Below, piece by piece: positions 30,831 through 39,635 of a stretch of DNA of 45,837 nt (the first letter of the stretch is position 1; each line of letters starts with the position of its first letter). Source of the stretch: Bacteroidetes bacterium 4572_114 (GTDB taxonomy: Bacteria; Bacteroidota; Bacteroidia; Bacteroidales; 4484-276); NCBI GenBank assembly GCA_002254335.1, contig NIVA01000005.1:1-45837 (forward strand), read 5' to 3'. Position numbers and translations under genes: made by a program. A model generated the notes under the pieces. The model had not been told where the DNA came from. It did not search any database and saw only the letters and a program-made list of their open reading frames with translations.

Positions 30831-30860
30831 TCCCGCACGTGCGGGAATATATGATTTTTG
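30831..30860 (+). terminator. Palindrome TCCCGCACGTGCGGGA plus T-rich tail, probable Bat operon terminator
   Basis: Perfect 16-nt palindrome at 30831-30846, followed by ATATATGATTTTTG. Confidence 0.45.
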
Positions 30861-30980
30861 ATTTGTCTGACGTTCACACATTTCTGAAATAAAAAATCGT
30901 TAATCTTCAAACTTGTCCGTATGGATCGTTAATCAGTTTTATGGTACTTTATGGACAGACAATTAATGACGTTTTTTTTG

Positions 30981-31153
30981 GGCGGCTGAACCAGGCCTGC
31001 CCGTCCGAAGCATAGCGAAGGCGGGCTTTCCATTTGTAGTTGTCTCATGCCGGCTGGTTTTTGTAGGTGGTGCGTGGGCTTTCACCGCCCGTCCGAAGCG
31101 CAGCGAAGGCGGGTTTCCTCAGCCTCCGCCCACCAACAAAAACTACAGCCGCC
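30981..31153. repeat. GC-rich island with a 27-nt direct repeat and nested long-range helices
   Basis: GCCCGTCCGAAGC[AT/GC]AGCGAAGGCGGG at 30999-31025 and 31087-31113 (25/27). Helices 30981-30988/31146-31153 (8 bp) and 31057-31070/31130-31143 (13/14). Confidence 0.7.
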
Positions 31154-31394
31154 TCCCGATAACTATCGGGATCAACAAGCTACCACTCCAATCCCTGCCG
31201 CATTATACCACGTTCAAACTATTTCCTGTGATTCAGGAGTGTAACATTAATGAATTGCACAATTCTTCGCATGCAGAATAAAAAAGGATAAAAAGTGTCA
31301 ACTTTCGGCATCTTTCATTTCTCGATTTACCCTGTTAAATGGCGCAGCTTTAATTTATCAGGGTCAACTACTTTCATAGGTAAATAAAAAATGC

Positions 31395-31433
31395 CAAAAA
31401 AAATCCTGCATCAAAAATGCAGGATTTTTTTTT
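31395..31433. terminator. Bidirectional rho-independent terminator (serves the minus-strand C1B-like gene)
   Basis: A-run, ATCCTGCAT-CAAAA-ATGCAGGAT, T-run. Confidence 0.75.
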
Positions 31434-31454
31434 CACCTTAAAAATATTACTCCA

Positions 31455-32600
31455 TTACAGCCCGAGTTTATTCTTTAACTCTTTGCCCAAACCATTTTTG
31501 TTCAACAAAACATACACTGTGTTCAATTTCACAAAAGCATCCGACATGTTAATGGTTTCGTCCCCAGCTTCACAAGCCCCTTTTCCAACAATGTAGGCAT
31601 TGCCGTTTTTATCTTCGCTAATTCCGTAGAGTGTCAAAAAATTGTAAGTGCCGCTCACCAACAGTTCAAAATTCTTCTGCCTCTCATCATCCGATATTGC
31701 CCTCTCCTCAACAGGTTCAAACACCTTCTCGGTCGATTCATCGTTATCTTCCTGCCCTGGCATACTAACTGCCGGGACAATTGCAACATCTTCTTCAGCA
31801 TAAATCATCCTGCTATCGGTAAATCCATACCAGCCTACGGCATATCCATTCTTAATTGCACTTGAGATCGCATTTTGCAAATCGGATGAAGTAACATTGA
31901 AAAACTCATCTTTGTCCCAATTATTCTTCAATTCCAATACAAACGGTTTGTAATTTTCCTGGCGGCCATCCACAGTTAACATTATATAATCAGATGAATT
32001 GATCCCCGCTTCCCCGGCAAAAGATTTTGGTGTGTAATCCTTTCCATGATATTTAAACTCCATTTTAGTATCGCCGATGTACTTCGATAAGGCAGCGTCA
32101 AATGTATTTTGCCAACGATCGGTAAATTCCCCATTTTCCTTCTCAAGCACTAATCTTAAAGTCCCACGGATAATTGCATCCATTTCACCGGATTGCTTAT
32201 CCATAACATTCATGTCCGATTTCATATATGCCGGTTCAGGTGCCATTCCATATTGATCCATCAATTTAAACACATCGAAAGGTATCCCCTTTTCCGTTAC
32301 CTTTATTTCACCCTTACTATCTAAATAAGCCTGGGCTTTCAAAATGTAAGCATTGTGAATAAAATCCATTTCGGCGATATCGTAAATCCCTTTACCTGAT
32401 CTTATCATTTCAGCTTCAATCAAAGCAGCACCTACATTGCTCCAGCATGAGTTTATACGTTGAATGTCTTTTGAAGGCGTTATTTCAACACTGTTTTTAA
32501 CTTTCAAATCGTAATACGGCTCCTGCGAAAACAAAACAGGGGCATTTACAAAAGCAACCAGTGTTAAAAGCATCAATACCAATGAATTAATTCTTTTCAT
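31455..32600 (-). CDS. Secreted peptidase C1B (aminopeptidase C/bleomycin hydrolase)-like protein, probably catalytically degenerate
   Basis: Signal peptide MKRINSLVLMLLTLVAFVNA. IQRINSCWSNVGAALIEAE resembles the Q...CW active-site block. The C-terminal TYNFLTLYG...YIVGKGACEAG...INMSDAFVKLNTVYVLLNK aligns to THAMV..G...WKVENSWG...SDAW..EY.Y..VV.K. Confidence 0.65.
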   Translation of the reverse strand: MKRINSLVLMLLTLVAFVNAPVLFSQEPYYDLKVKNSVEITPSKDIQRINSCWSNVGAALIEAEMIRSGKGIYDIAEMDFIHNAYILKAQAYLDSKGEIKVTEKGIPFDVFKLMDQYGMAPEPAYMKSDMNVMDKQSGEMDAIIRGTLRLVLEKENGEFTDRWQNTFDAALSKYIGDTKMEFKYHGKDYTPKSFAGEAGINSSDYIMLTVDGRQENYKPFVLELKNNWDKDEFFNVTSSDLQNAISSAIKNGYAVGWYGFTDSRMIYAEEDVAIVPAVSMPGQEDNDESTEKVFEPVEERAISDDERQKNFELLVSGTYNFLTLYGISEDKNGNAYIVGKGACEAGDETINMSDAFVKLNTVYVLLNKNGLGKELKNKLGL

Positions 32601-33091
32601 AAATAATTTATTTTAGGATGGTTAAATACATTTAAATTTGCGGCAAATATAGTTTTTAAAGTTTATGAACTTTACAAAAACTGTGCACAAAATCTATATT
32701 TGCAAAAAAACAGTTGGATTAACTCTGATCGATCAATAATATTTTGTTCCTTATTAATTAAATACCAATGCATAAGAAAAATTCAGTGGCAGACATTTGC
32801 ATTTTTAAACATGAGGTAGGTCAGTTGAATTATTGAGCATGAGGTAGGGTCACTTATTTAAAATCGAAATGAATTGAAAATTTACGTTTCTGATTGGATT
32901 TTTTTTTTCAACTTTGTTCCTTCAAATTTTTACTGTTTTTCGTGTGTTTTTTGCATAAATTGTATGATTTTCAGTCTGCACCGTTAACTGGTTATCGTTT
33001 GCCGAAAACTGATCTCATATTGAAAGACAGTATGTTGCAAATTATTTTTGTTTAACTATCAGACAATTGACAAAAATTTATTATTGACGAT

Positions 33092-33099
33092 TAGATTTG
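33092..33099 (+). promoter_or_regulatory. -7 box TAGATTTG upstream of the 33189 gene
   Basis: TAnnTTTG match. GCTTTAATCAAAAA is directly repeated at 33099-33112 and 33129-33142. Confidence 0.35.
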
Positions 33100-33188
33100 C
33101 TTTAATCAAAAAAAGTGTACATTGTGCCGCTTTAATCAAAAACAGAAATTTAAGATATTAACTTTATAATAATCAAATTTAGATTGAT

Positions 33189-36100
33189 ATGAAAAGTAAA
33201 CTTTTACCATTTAGTTTGATAATCTTTATTCTTGGGTTTACTACGATTATCCTGACATCTGGATGGGTAAACAACTTCCAGACAGGGAAATCCGACCAGG
33301 GTAACAGCAGTATCAAAAGTGCTGATGAGTACCTGCAAAAAATGAGAAGCAACCAGGTAACCGGCAAAATTGATCCGCAAGATGTCCTTAAAGCCAGGCA
33401 ACAGATTGAACAAATGAATTACAAATCGGGGAACGGACTTGGTCTCAACTGGGAAGAAATGGGACCAGATAACGCCCCCGGAAGAGTAAGGGCAGTTATT
33501 TTCGATGAAAATGACGCCAGTGGACAAACCATCATTGTAGCAGGTGTTACCGGTGGCCTTTGGAAAACAACTAACCTTGGGGCTACCTGGAATAAAATTA
33601 ATGAAGGGGGCAAAAACCTTTCCATCACCTCGCTGACGCAGGCAGCTGACGGAACCATTTACGCCGGTACCGGTGAATTCTTTTGCACCACTGACGACAC
33701 TTACTATGGAGGATTAGTTGGCCAGGGAATGTATAAATCTACTGATGGTGATGTTTTTGAGATCATACCCGAAACCGTCCCTGATATCACACAAGACCCC
33801 GATACAGTGGATTGGGCCTACATCAACAACATTGTCGTGTCCCCATCGTCGCAGCGTGTGTTTGCAGCCACCAACACTGGTTTATTTTACTCTAACGATG
33901 GGGTAAACGGATGGCAAAAAGCTATTGATATGATCTATGATACAGTTCTATATGATGTTGACCTGGCCATTGATTCCGTGGTACATTGCGATTCTTACGA
34001 AATTGTAGGAAATGGATTTGTGATAAACAACCCCCAATATTCCCCTCCCGACACAACGGAATACAGCAAAACACAAAATGAACTTATCCACAACATAATT
34101 GAACTGGGGGCCAAGCCCTGTACTGATGTTGCCGTTAATACTGATGGTCTAATTTACGCCACCTTCGACAACTTGGTTTTTCGGGCCAACGAAAGTGATA
34201 TGGTGTTTAAAAACCTTTCGGCCAACCCAAACAATCCGTATGAGATGGAGCGTGAATTTAGGGCATATACCACTACCCTGACAGTAATTGACACATTGGG
34301 CAACACCGATTCAAGGACAATACAATTTACCGACACCACTGATTATGCAAATGCAGTCATCGGGACACCAAGCCCATTGGCATTAAATCCGGGCAGGACC
34401 GAAGTTGAAATTTCACTGACCGGCCCGGCCGTTGTTTATGCAACCTGTACAGGCCAGTTCGGTTTTCTCGACAACGTTTATTTCTCTGAAGATAATGGAG
34501 ATACCTGGATCATAATTTTCCCGGGAAGTTCTTCCTTAGAAATTTTTGATGGTACAGGCTGCTATAATAATACACTTGCCGTCTTTCCGGATGACCCTTT
34601 CAAAATATTAGTAGGTGGAAATGATATGTGGTTGGGCGAACGTTATGAAAATACTAACGGATATTATATATGGGGTGCCGGTCCGGTAACTTCACCGTTC
34701 AATGTCCCATCTGGACATCATAAATATGCATTCCGCCCGGGTTCCAATTCTCAATTAGTGGTAGCTACCGACAACGGGATAACTTTAATGAAGTTTTCAG
34801 CATCAGGCAACGAGTTTACTAACCTCTCAAATGGATTAAACATAACACAATGTTACACTGTAGGCCCTTCGGGAGCCCGCCATGAACTTCTTTGCGGGAC
34901 GCAGGGAGATGGCACTCAATACATTAGTGGCCATGGAAATACACCTGAATATGCTGAAAAGATTTTTGGGCAAACGGGCGGATATTGTGCCATATCACTA
35001 ATAAACCCTGATGCATTTGTTTACAGCCGGGACCCGGGGGTAATTGTAAGGTCAGAGGATAAAGGCCAAAATACTTCGGTGAATTTCGCGCCACCTGCCA
35101 GTAATATTTTTATGACACCAATATTAATGTGGGAATCTTTTGAAGATTACAATTCCAGGGATTCTGTTACATATTATAATGTCTCCGACTCAACAATTCA
35201 AAGTGGTAAAATGATACTATGCCGTAGCGCAAATTTTAATCATCCATTTTATCATATGCTTACTGAAGATTTAGCTGATGGTGATTCCCTGATGGTGCAA
35301 GACATTATACAATCCAAACTATTTAATGCCAATGCCGGAAACAGCGGGATACAAATGACAAAAGGCACACTTAAATTTGGTGAGCCTGGTGAATTTTGGA
35401 AGATTGCAGATGCCCCCGGTTTCCCAACCTGCATCTCTGCGTCCGCTGATGCCAACTTCCTGTTTGTTGGCACAGATGACGGTAAACTGTACAGGGTTTC
35501 AAATATCGCCCTGGCTTATGATTCGTTAAGAGCTGATATAGGTAGCTCTGCCTGCATTATTGCAACTGATGAACTTCAAATCCCTGAATTTCAGGATCGC
35601 TTTATTACATCTGTTTCGGTGGACCCACAAAACCCGGAACATTTGATCGTAACCTTAGGTAATTATGGAAATGAAGATTATATTTACAGGACTACCAATG
35701 CTTTGGATTCGTTGTCGCTGGTGATCTTTGAAAACATCACCGGTAACCTTCCACATATGCCTGTTTATTCCTCAATCATTGAAATGAACCAATCTAATGT
35801 GGCTGTTATAGGGACTGAATATGGCGTTTATACCACATCCCATCTCGGAGAGGCCGAGGTAGAGTGGACCATGGAAAATTCAACAATGGGTGCTATCCCG
35901 GTGTTCCAGATTAAACAACAAACAGTTTACAAAGACCGCATAGAAATACCTACAACACCACCGCAGATATATCCGGAAATCTTAACCTACGGAAGCATTT
36001 ATATTGCAACTTATGGCAGAGGTGTGTTTAGGGACGAAACCTATCGCACGGTCGGTATTGAAGAAATGCCACACAATAATGCCAGTATTAAAAATACTGT

Positions 36101-36344
36101 TTCGGTGTATCCAAACCCCGTTTCAGGTTATGCCACGGTCGCTATGGAAATCAACACGAAATCCAACGTAACAATCAACATCTATGATCTTACCGGTAAA
36201 CTGGCCAAAACCATTCACAGTGGCAATTTAAATGCCGGCATCCAGGAGTTAAATATTGATTGCTCAGATCTTAAAACCGGCACTTATGTTATAAGGGTAT
36301 TTGCCGGTGAAGATAGCGGCAGCACAAAATTCATTGTCAATTAA
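33189..36344 (+). CDS. Large secreted BNR/sortilin-like propeller protein with a T9SS C-terminal sorting domain
   Basis: N-terminal TM/signal. BNR-like motifs WKTTNLGATW, YKSTDGD, YSNDGVNGW, SEDNGDTW and RSEDKGQN. The last ~80 aa (VSVYPNPVSGYATVAMEI...YDLTGKL...GTYVIRVFAGE...KFIVN) are a typical T9SS CTD. Confidence 0.8.
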   Translation: MKSKLLPFSLIIFILGFTTIILTSGWVNNFQTGKSDQGNSSIKSADEYLQKMRSNQVTGKIDPQDVLKARQQIEQMNYKSGNGLGLNWEEMGPDNAPGRVRAVIFDENDASGQTIIVAGVTGGLWKTTNLGATWNKINEGGKNLSITSLTQAADGTIYAGTGEFFCTTDDTYYGGLVGQGMYKSTDGDVFEIIPETVPDITQDPDTVDWAYINNIVVSPSSQRVFAATNTGLFYSNDGVNGWQKAIDMIYDTVLYDVDLAIDSVVHCDSYEIVGNGFVINNPQYSPPDTTEYSKTQNELIHNIIELGAKPCTDVAVNTDGLIYATFDNLVFRANESDMVFKNLSANPNNPYEMEREFRAYTTTLTVIDTLGNTDSRTIQFTDTTDYANAVIGTPSPLALNPGRTEVEISLTGPAVVYATCTGQFGFLDNVYFSEDNGDTWIIIFPGSSSLEIFDGTGCYNNTLAVFPDDPFKILVGGNDMWLGERYENTNGYYIWGAGPVTSPFNVPSGHHKYAFRPGSNSQLVVATDNGITLMKFSASGNEFTNLSNGLNITQCYTVGPSGARHELLCGTQGDGTQYISGHGNTPEYAEKIFGQTGGYCAISLINPDAFVYSRDPGVIVRSEDKGQNTSVNFAPPASNIFMTPILMWESFEDYNSRDSVTYYNVSDSTIQSGKMILCRSANFNHPFYHMLTEDLADGDSLMVQDIIQSKLFNANAGNSGIQMTKGTLKFGEPGEFWKIADAPGFPTCISASADANFLFVGTDDGKLYRVSNIALAYDSLRADIGSSACIIATDELQIPEFQDRFITSVSVDPQNPEHLIVTLGNYGNEDYIYRTTNALDSLSLVIFENITGNLPHMPVYSSIIEMNQSNVAVIGTEYGVYTTSHLGEAEVEWTMENSTMGAIPVFQIKQQTVYKDRIEIPTTPPQIYPEILTYGSIYIATYGRGVFRDETYRTVGIEEMPHNNASIKNTVSVYPNPVSGYATVAMEINTKSNVTINIYDLTGKLAKTIHSGNLNAGIQELNIDCSDLKTGTYVIRVFAGEDSGSTKFIVN

Positions 36345-36380
36345 TAGTTTTTATCCGATAATTAATAAAAGAATTACGAT

Positions 36381-37871
36381 ATGAAAAGATCTCTATTTGC
36401 AATTATTTTAATATTTGTTGCATTCGCCATCTCGGCACAGATAAGAATTGATACTCCCGAACAGGTTGAACCTTCTGACACTGACGATGATCAGATGCCA
36501 AATGTTATGCTCGACTGGAACGCAGTATCTGCAGCCTTAAACTATCAGGTCCAATTGAGTGAAGATGCTCAATTCAATACCATCGTTATTGATTCTGTGA
36601 CTGAATTAACTTCTGTAAAAAGCAGTCATTTGTTATTTGGACACGAATACTTCTGGAGGGTAAAAGCCTATGACTTGAATGGCAATCCCTCTTTTTGGAC
36701 TCCAACCTGGTCGTTCACAACTTTTTCACAAATCGATCTCGACAAACCCAATGATGGTTCTGATGATGAAGAACCGGATGTGGAGTTGAAATGGAAAAAC
36801 AGGGTTTCTTCTGTGGTAATTACCGGTGTTGAATATTTCGACATCCAGATTGACACATCAGCTTCCTTCAATTCATCCCAATTTGCCGAATTTAGCACCA
36901 ATGGCACGACCTACACCAAAACGATGGATCAATTGCTGTTTGGCACGACCTATTATTGGCAGGCCCGCGCAATGCATGGTGCCGATGCATCCGAATGGAG
37001 TGACGTTCGTAACTTTATCACACTTGACCAATACGATCTGAAAAAGCCCACTAATAACTCATCTGATCAAGACCTAAATGTTCAACTGAGATGGGATGAT
37101 GTTTCAGGAATTCATAAATTCGATTACCAGGTGGATAACGACCCGGATTTCAGCTCTCCTGATATGTACGTCACTGATACATTCAGGATTCCTGCACAAG
37201 ACCTAAAATTTGGTATTACCTATTATTGGAGATCAAGGGGAAGGCACGATTTTGATACTACAATGTGGACTGATCCATTTAATTTTACCACGGCTATTAC
37301 AGTAGAACTTGATGAACCTGAAAATGGTATTGACAGTGTTTCATTAAAGCCTCAGCTTACATGGGGCCAGATTGAAGGTGTAAACAGCTATGAAATTTCC
37401 TATACACAGGATGAAACTTTCACAGATGCTTTTACTGAATTCCAGGAAGCCGATGACGACACCGATCCTTTTTATAATATCATATACGACTTAGAGGCCA
37501 ACGCAACCTATTATTGGAGGATAAGGGCATGTACACCAATCGACACAAGTGCTTACAGTGAAGTGTTTAGCTTTACAACAATCATCGGCATAGGGATTAA
37601 TGACGAATATTTTAGCAATTCCGGGATTAACATCTTCCCAAACCCTGCAAATTCCGAGGTTAATATTCAAATGAGTATTAGCGCATCAGCAGATATAGAG
37701 TTTACATTAATCGACCTGGTAGGGCAAACCCTGATATCGAAGGATTTGAATTTCACGCCCGGGCTGAACAATGAAAAGGTTGATCTTTCGAATCTTTCAA
37801 ATGGTATTTACCTTTTGAAAATGAAAAAAGGCACTAACATCTATACAAATAAACTGATTATCAATAAATAA
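36381..37871 (+). CDS. T9SS cargo protein with four ~95-aa FN3-like repeats and a C-terminal sorting domain
   Basis: Signal peptide MKRSLFAIILIFVAFAISAQ. The repeats each end in YFWRVKAYD / YYWQARAMHG / YYWRSRGRHD / YYWRIRACTP ...W(S/T)..F.T. CTD: INIFPNPANSEVNIQM...GIYLLKMKKG...KLIINK. Confidence 0.8.
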   Translation: MKRSLFAIILIFVAFAISAQIRIDTPEQVEPSDTDDDQMPNVMLDWNAVSAALNYQVQLSEDAQFNTIVIDSVTELTSVKSSHLLFGHEYFWRVKAYDLNGNPSFWTPTWSFTTFSQIDLDKPNDGSDDEEPDVELKWKNRVSSVVITGVEYFDIQIDTSASFNSSQFAEFSTNGTTYTKTMDQLLFGTTYYWQARAMHGADASEWSDVRNFITLDQYDLKKPTNNSSDQDLNVQLRWDDVSGIHKFDYQVDNDPDFSSPDMYVTDTFRIPAQDLKFGITYYWRSRGRHDFDTTMWTDPFNFTTAITVELDEPENGIDSVSLKPQLTWGQIEGVNSYEISYTQDETFTDAFTEFQEADDDTDPFYNIIYDLEANATYYWRIRACTPIDTSAYSEVFSFTTIIGIGINDEYFSNSGINIFPNPANSEVNIQMSISASADIEFTLIDLVGQTLISKDLNFTPGLNNEKVDLSNLSNGIYLLKMKKGTNIYTNKLIINK

Positions 37872-37900
37872 GCTGGCAAACAGAAACGCCTGAATAAAAT

Positions 37901-37938
37901 AAAAGGGGTGATCATTTATGGTCAACCCTTTTTTTTAT
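37901..37938 (+). terminator. Rho-independent terminator after the T9SS cargo pair
   Basis: AAAAGGGGTGATC-ATTTAT-GGTCAACCCTTTTTTTT (9-position stem: 7 Watson-Crick pairs, 1 G-U pair, 1 mismatch). Confidence 0.7.
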
Positions 37939-37939
37939 T

Positions 37940-38011
37940 GGAGTAGTGGAGTTTTGGAGTAATGGAGTAGTGGAGTTTTGGAGTAATGGAGTAATGGGGT
38001 GTTGTGTAATG
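37940..38011 (+). repeat. Tandem 8-nt repeat GGAGTNNT, about 9 units, with a 24-nt higher-order unit
   Basis: GGAGTAGT GGAGTTTT GGAGTAAT GGAGTAGT GGAGTTTT GGAGTAAT GGAGTAAT GGGGTGTT GTGTAATG. Confidence 0.9.
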
Positions 38012-38076
38012 CCGAGGCTTTGGCGGACAGTGGGGGTGATGTGTTTTCTATTTACTTACAGAAGTTTTTTAGGCTA

Positions 38077-38149
38077 TTAAAAAGCCACTAATGATAACTA
38101 TCGGGGTTCGGTTGTCAAATTAAACTCTTAAAAAGTCACTAATGCTAAC
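38077..38149. repeat. 22-nt direct repeat TTAAAAAG[C/T]CACTAATG[A/C]TAAC (38077-38098 and 38128-38149)
   Basis: 20/22 identical, 51 nt apart. Confidence 0.6.
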
Positions 38150-38343
38150 ATGTTAACGATATTTTCAGACGCGGATTTTCGCTGGTAGAACGGATTTTTA
38201 ATCCGTTGTATCCGTGTAAACCTGCGTCAGTTTTTTCAAATTCCCCGTAGGGCTTTCATTTTCAAACGGACATAGTCCATCCGTCTGGATTTGCACATCA
38301 ACAAATTTTCAAATTAAGTAGTATCTTATGCAAACCAAACAAG

Positions 38344-38371
38344 AGTAGGGATACGGCATACCATATCCCTA
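38344..38371 (-). terminator. Hairpin downstream of the argF-arcC unit (candidate terminator)
   Basis: GTAGGGATA, 10-nt loop, TATCCCTAC (9 bp perfect). On the minus strand it is followed by TCTTGTTTGGTTTG. Confidence 0.45.
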
Positions 38372-38472
38372 CTTAAATTCATGAGTGCGGTCAAAAAAGC
38401 TATCTGACAGCTATTTGCCTAAATATTTGCTTTTTAGGTTAAGCTCATTTATAATAATAATAGTCAATCGGG

Positions 38473-39474
38473 CTAACTGCCCAAAGTTGCAACCATTACT
38501 GCTTTAATGGTATGTAGCCTGTTCTCGGCCTGGTCGAAAACAATGGAATATGGAGATTCAAAAATCTCTTCGGAAACTTCCATGGCAGAAATACCAAACT
38601 TTTGAAATATCTCCTCCCCCACTGTAGTTTCACGGTTATGGAAAGCCGGAAGGCAATGCATAAATTTCACATCAGGGTTTCCGGTTTTTTGCACCATGTC
38701 CATATTTATCTGGTAAGGTTTCATCATGTTTATCCTGCGTTTCCATTCCTCTTCAGGCTCGCCCATCGACACCCAAACATCGGTATAGAGAAAATCGACA
38801 CCCTTTACCCCTTCGGCAACATCGTCGGTTATTGAAATTTTCGCACCCGTTTCTTTGGCAATCTCCTGACAGATGTCCATCAATTCTTTTGATGGATGAA
38901 GTTCTTTGGGGGCAACGCCACGAAAATCCATCCCCATTTTAGCTGCGCCAACCATAAGGGAGTTCCCCATATTATTGCGTGCATCACCAAGATAGGCGAA
39001 AGAGATTTTCCTTAGTGGCTTATCATTAAATTCCGTCATAGTAAGGAAGTCAGCCAGTATTTGGGTTGGGTGATACTCGTTGGTCAACCCATTCCAAACA
39101 GGTACTCCTGCATATTTTCCTAGCTCCTCAACTATTTCCTGGCCAAATCCACGGTACTCAATGCCGTCATACATCCGGCCCAGTACCCGCGCTGTATCTT
39201 TCATCGATTCCTTCTTTCCCATCTGGGAACCGGAAGGCCCGATAAATGTAACGTGTGCACCCTGATCAAGTGCGGCAACCTCAAAAGCACATCTTGTGCG
39301 GGTTGAATCTTTTGCAAAAAGCAATACAATGTTTTTTCCTTTAAGCCTTTGCTGCTCAGTACCTGAATATTTTGCTTTCTTCAAATCAGCAGATAGCTCA
39401 AGCATAAACCTGATTTCTTGTGGGGTAAAATCCAAGAGCTTTAAAAAATTCCTGTTTCTTAAATTAAATGCCAT
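38473..39474 (-). CDS. argF: Ornithine carbamoyltransferase (classical OTC, in a catabolic-looking context next to carbamate kinase)
   Basis: 333 aa. [39 protein letters not shown] and HCLPAFHN. Closely resembles E. coli ArgI/ArgF from memory. Confidence 0.93.
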   Translation of the reverse strand: MAFNLRNRNFLKLLDFTPQEIRFMLELSADLKKAKYSGTEQQRLKGKNIVLLFAKDSTRTRCAFEVAALDQGAHVTFIGPSGSQMGKKESMKDTARVLGRMYDGIEYRGFGQEIVEELGKYAGVPVWNGLTNEYHPTQILADFLTMTEFNDKPLRKISFAYLGDARNNMGNSLMVGAAKMGMDFRGVAPKELHPSKELMDICQEIAKETGAKISITDDVAEGVKGVDFLYTDVWVSMGEPEEEWKRRINMMKPYQINMDMVQKTGNPDVKFMHCLPAFHNRETTVGEEIFQKFGISAMEVSEEIFESPYSIVFDQAENRLHTIKAVMVATLGS

Positions 39475-39557
39475 AACTGTTCAATTTATGTTGTTAAAAA
39501 TCTATTAGTGTAAAATTTTGCGTCATTTACTTCGTGCCATTTAGTTACTATACCGAA

Positions 39558-39627
39558 AATGACCACAAATGACTATCAATAACTATCAATGACCATCAAT
39601 AACCATCAATGACCACAAATGACCATC
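39558..39627. repeat. Seven tandem 10-nt units AATRACYAYM in the arcC-argF spacer
   Basis: AATGACCACA AATGACTATC AATAACTATC AATGACCATC AATAACCATC AATGACCACA AATGACCATC. Confidence 0.85.
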
Positions 39628-39635
39628 AAGTTTAA

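Noticed and set aside
31158-31170. Exact 13-mer GATAACTATCGGG shared with 38093-38105
   Set aside because: By a rough pair-count estimate, several exact 13-mer matches are expected by chance within a 46-kb window. I therefore do not count this alone as evidence that the islands are related.
31047-31244. 65-aa ORF in the GC-rich island
   Set aside because: Arg/Pro/Ala/Gln-rich composition driven by the GC-rich repeats, with no start context or family resemblance.
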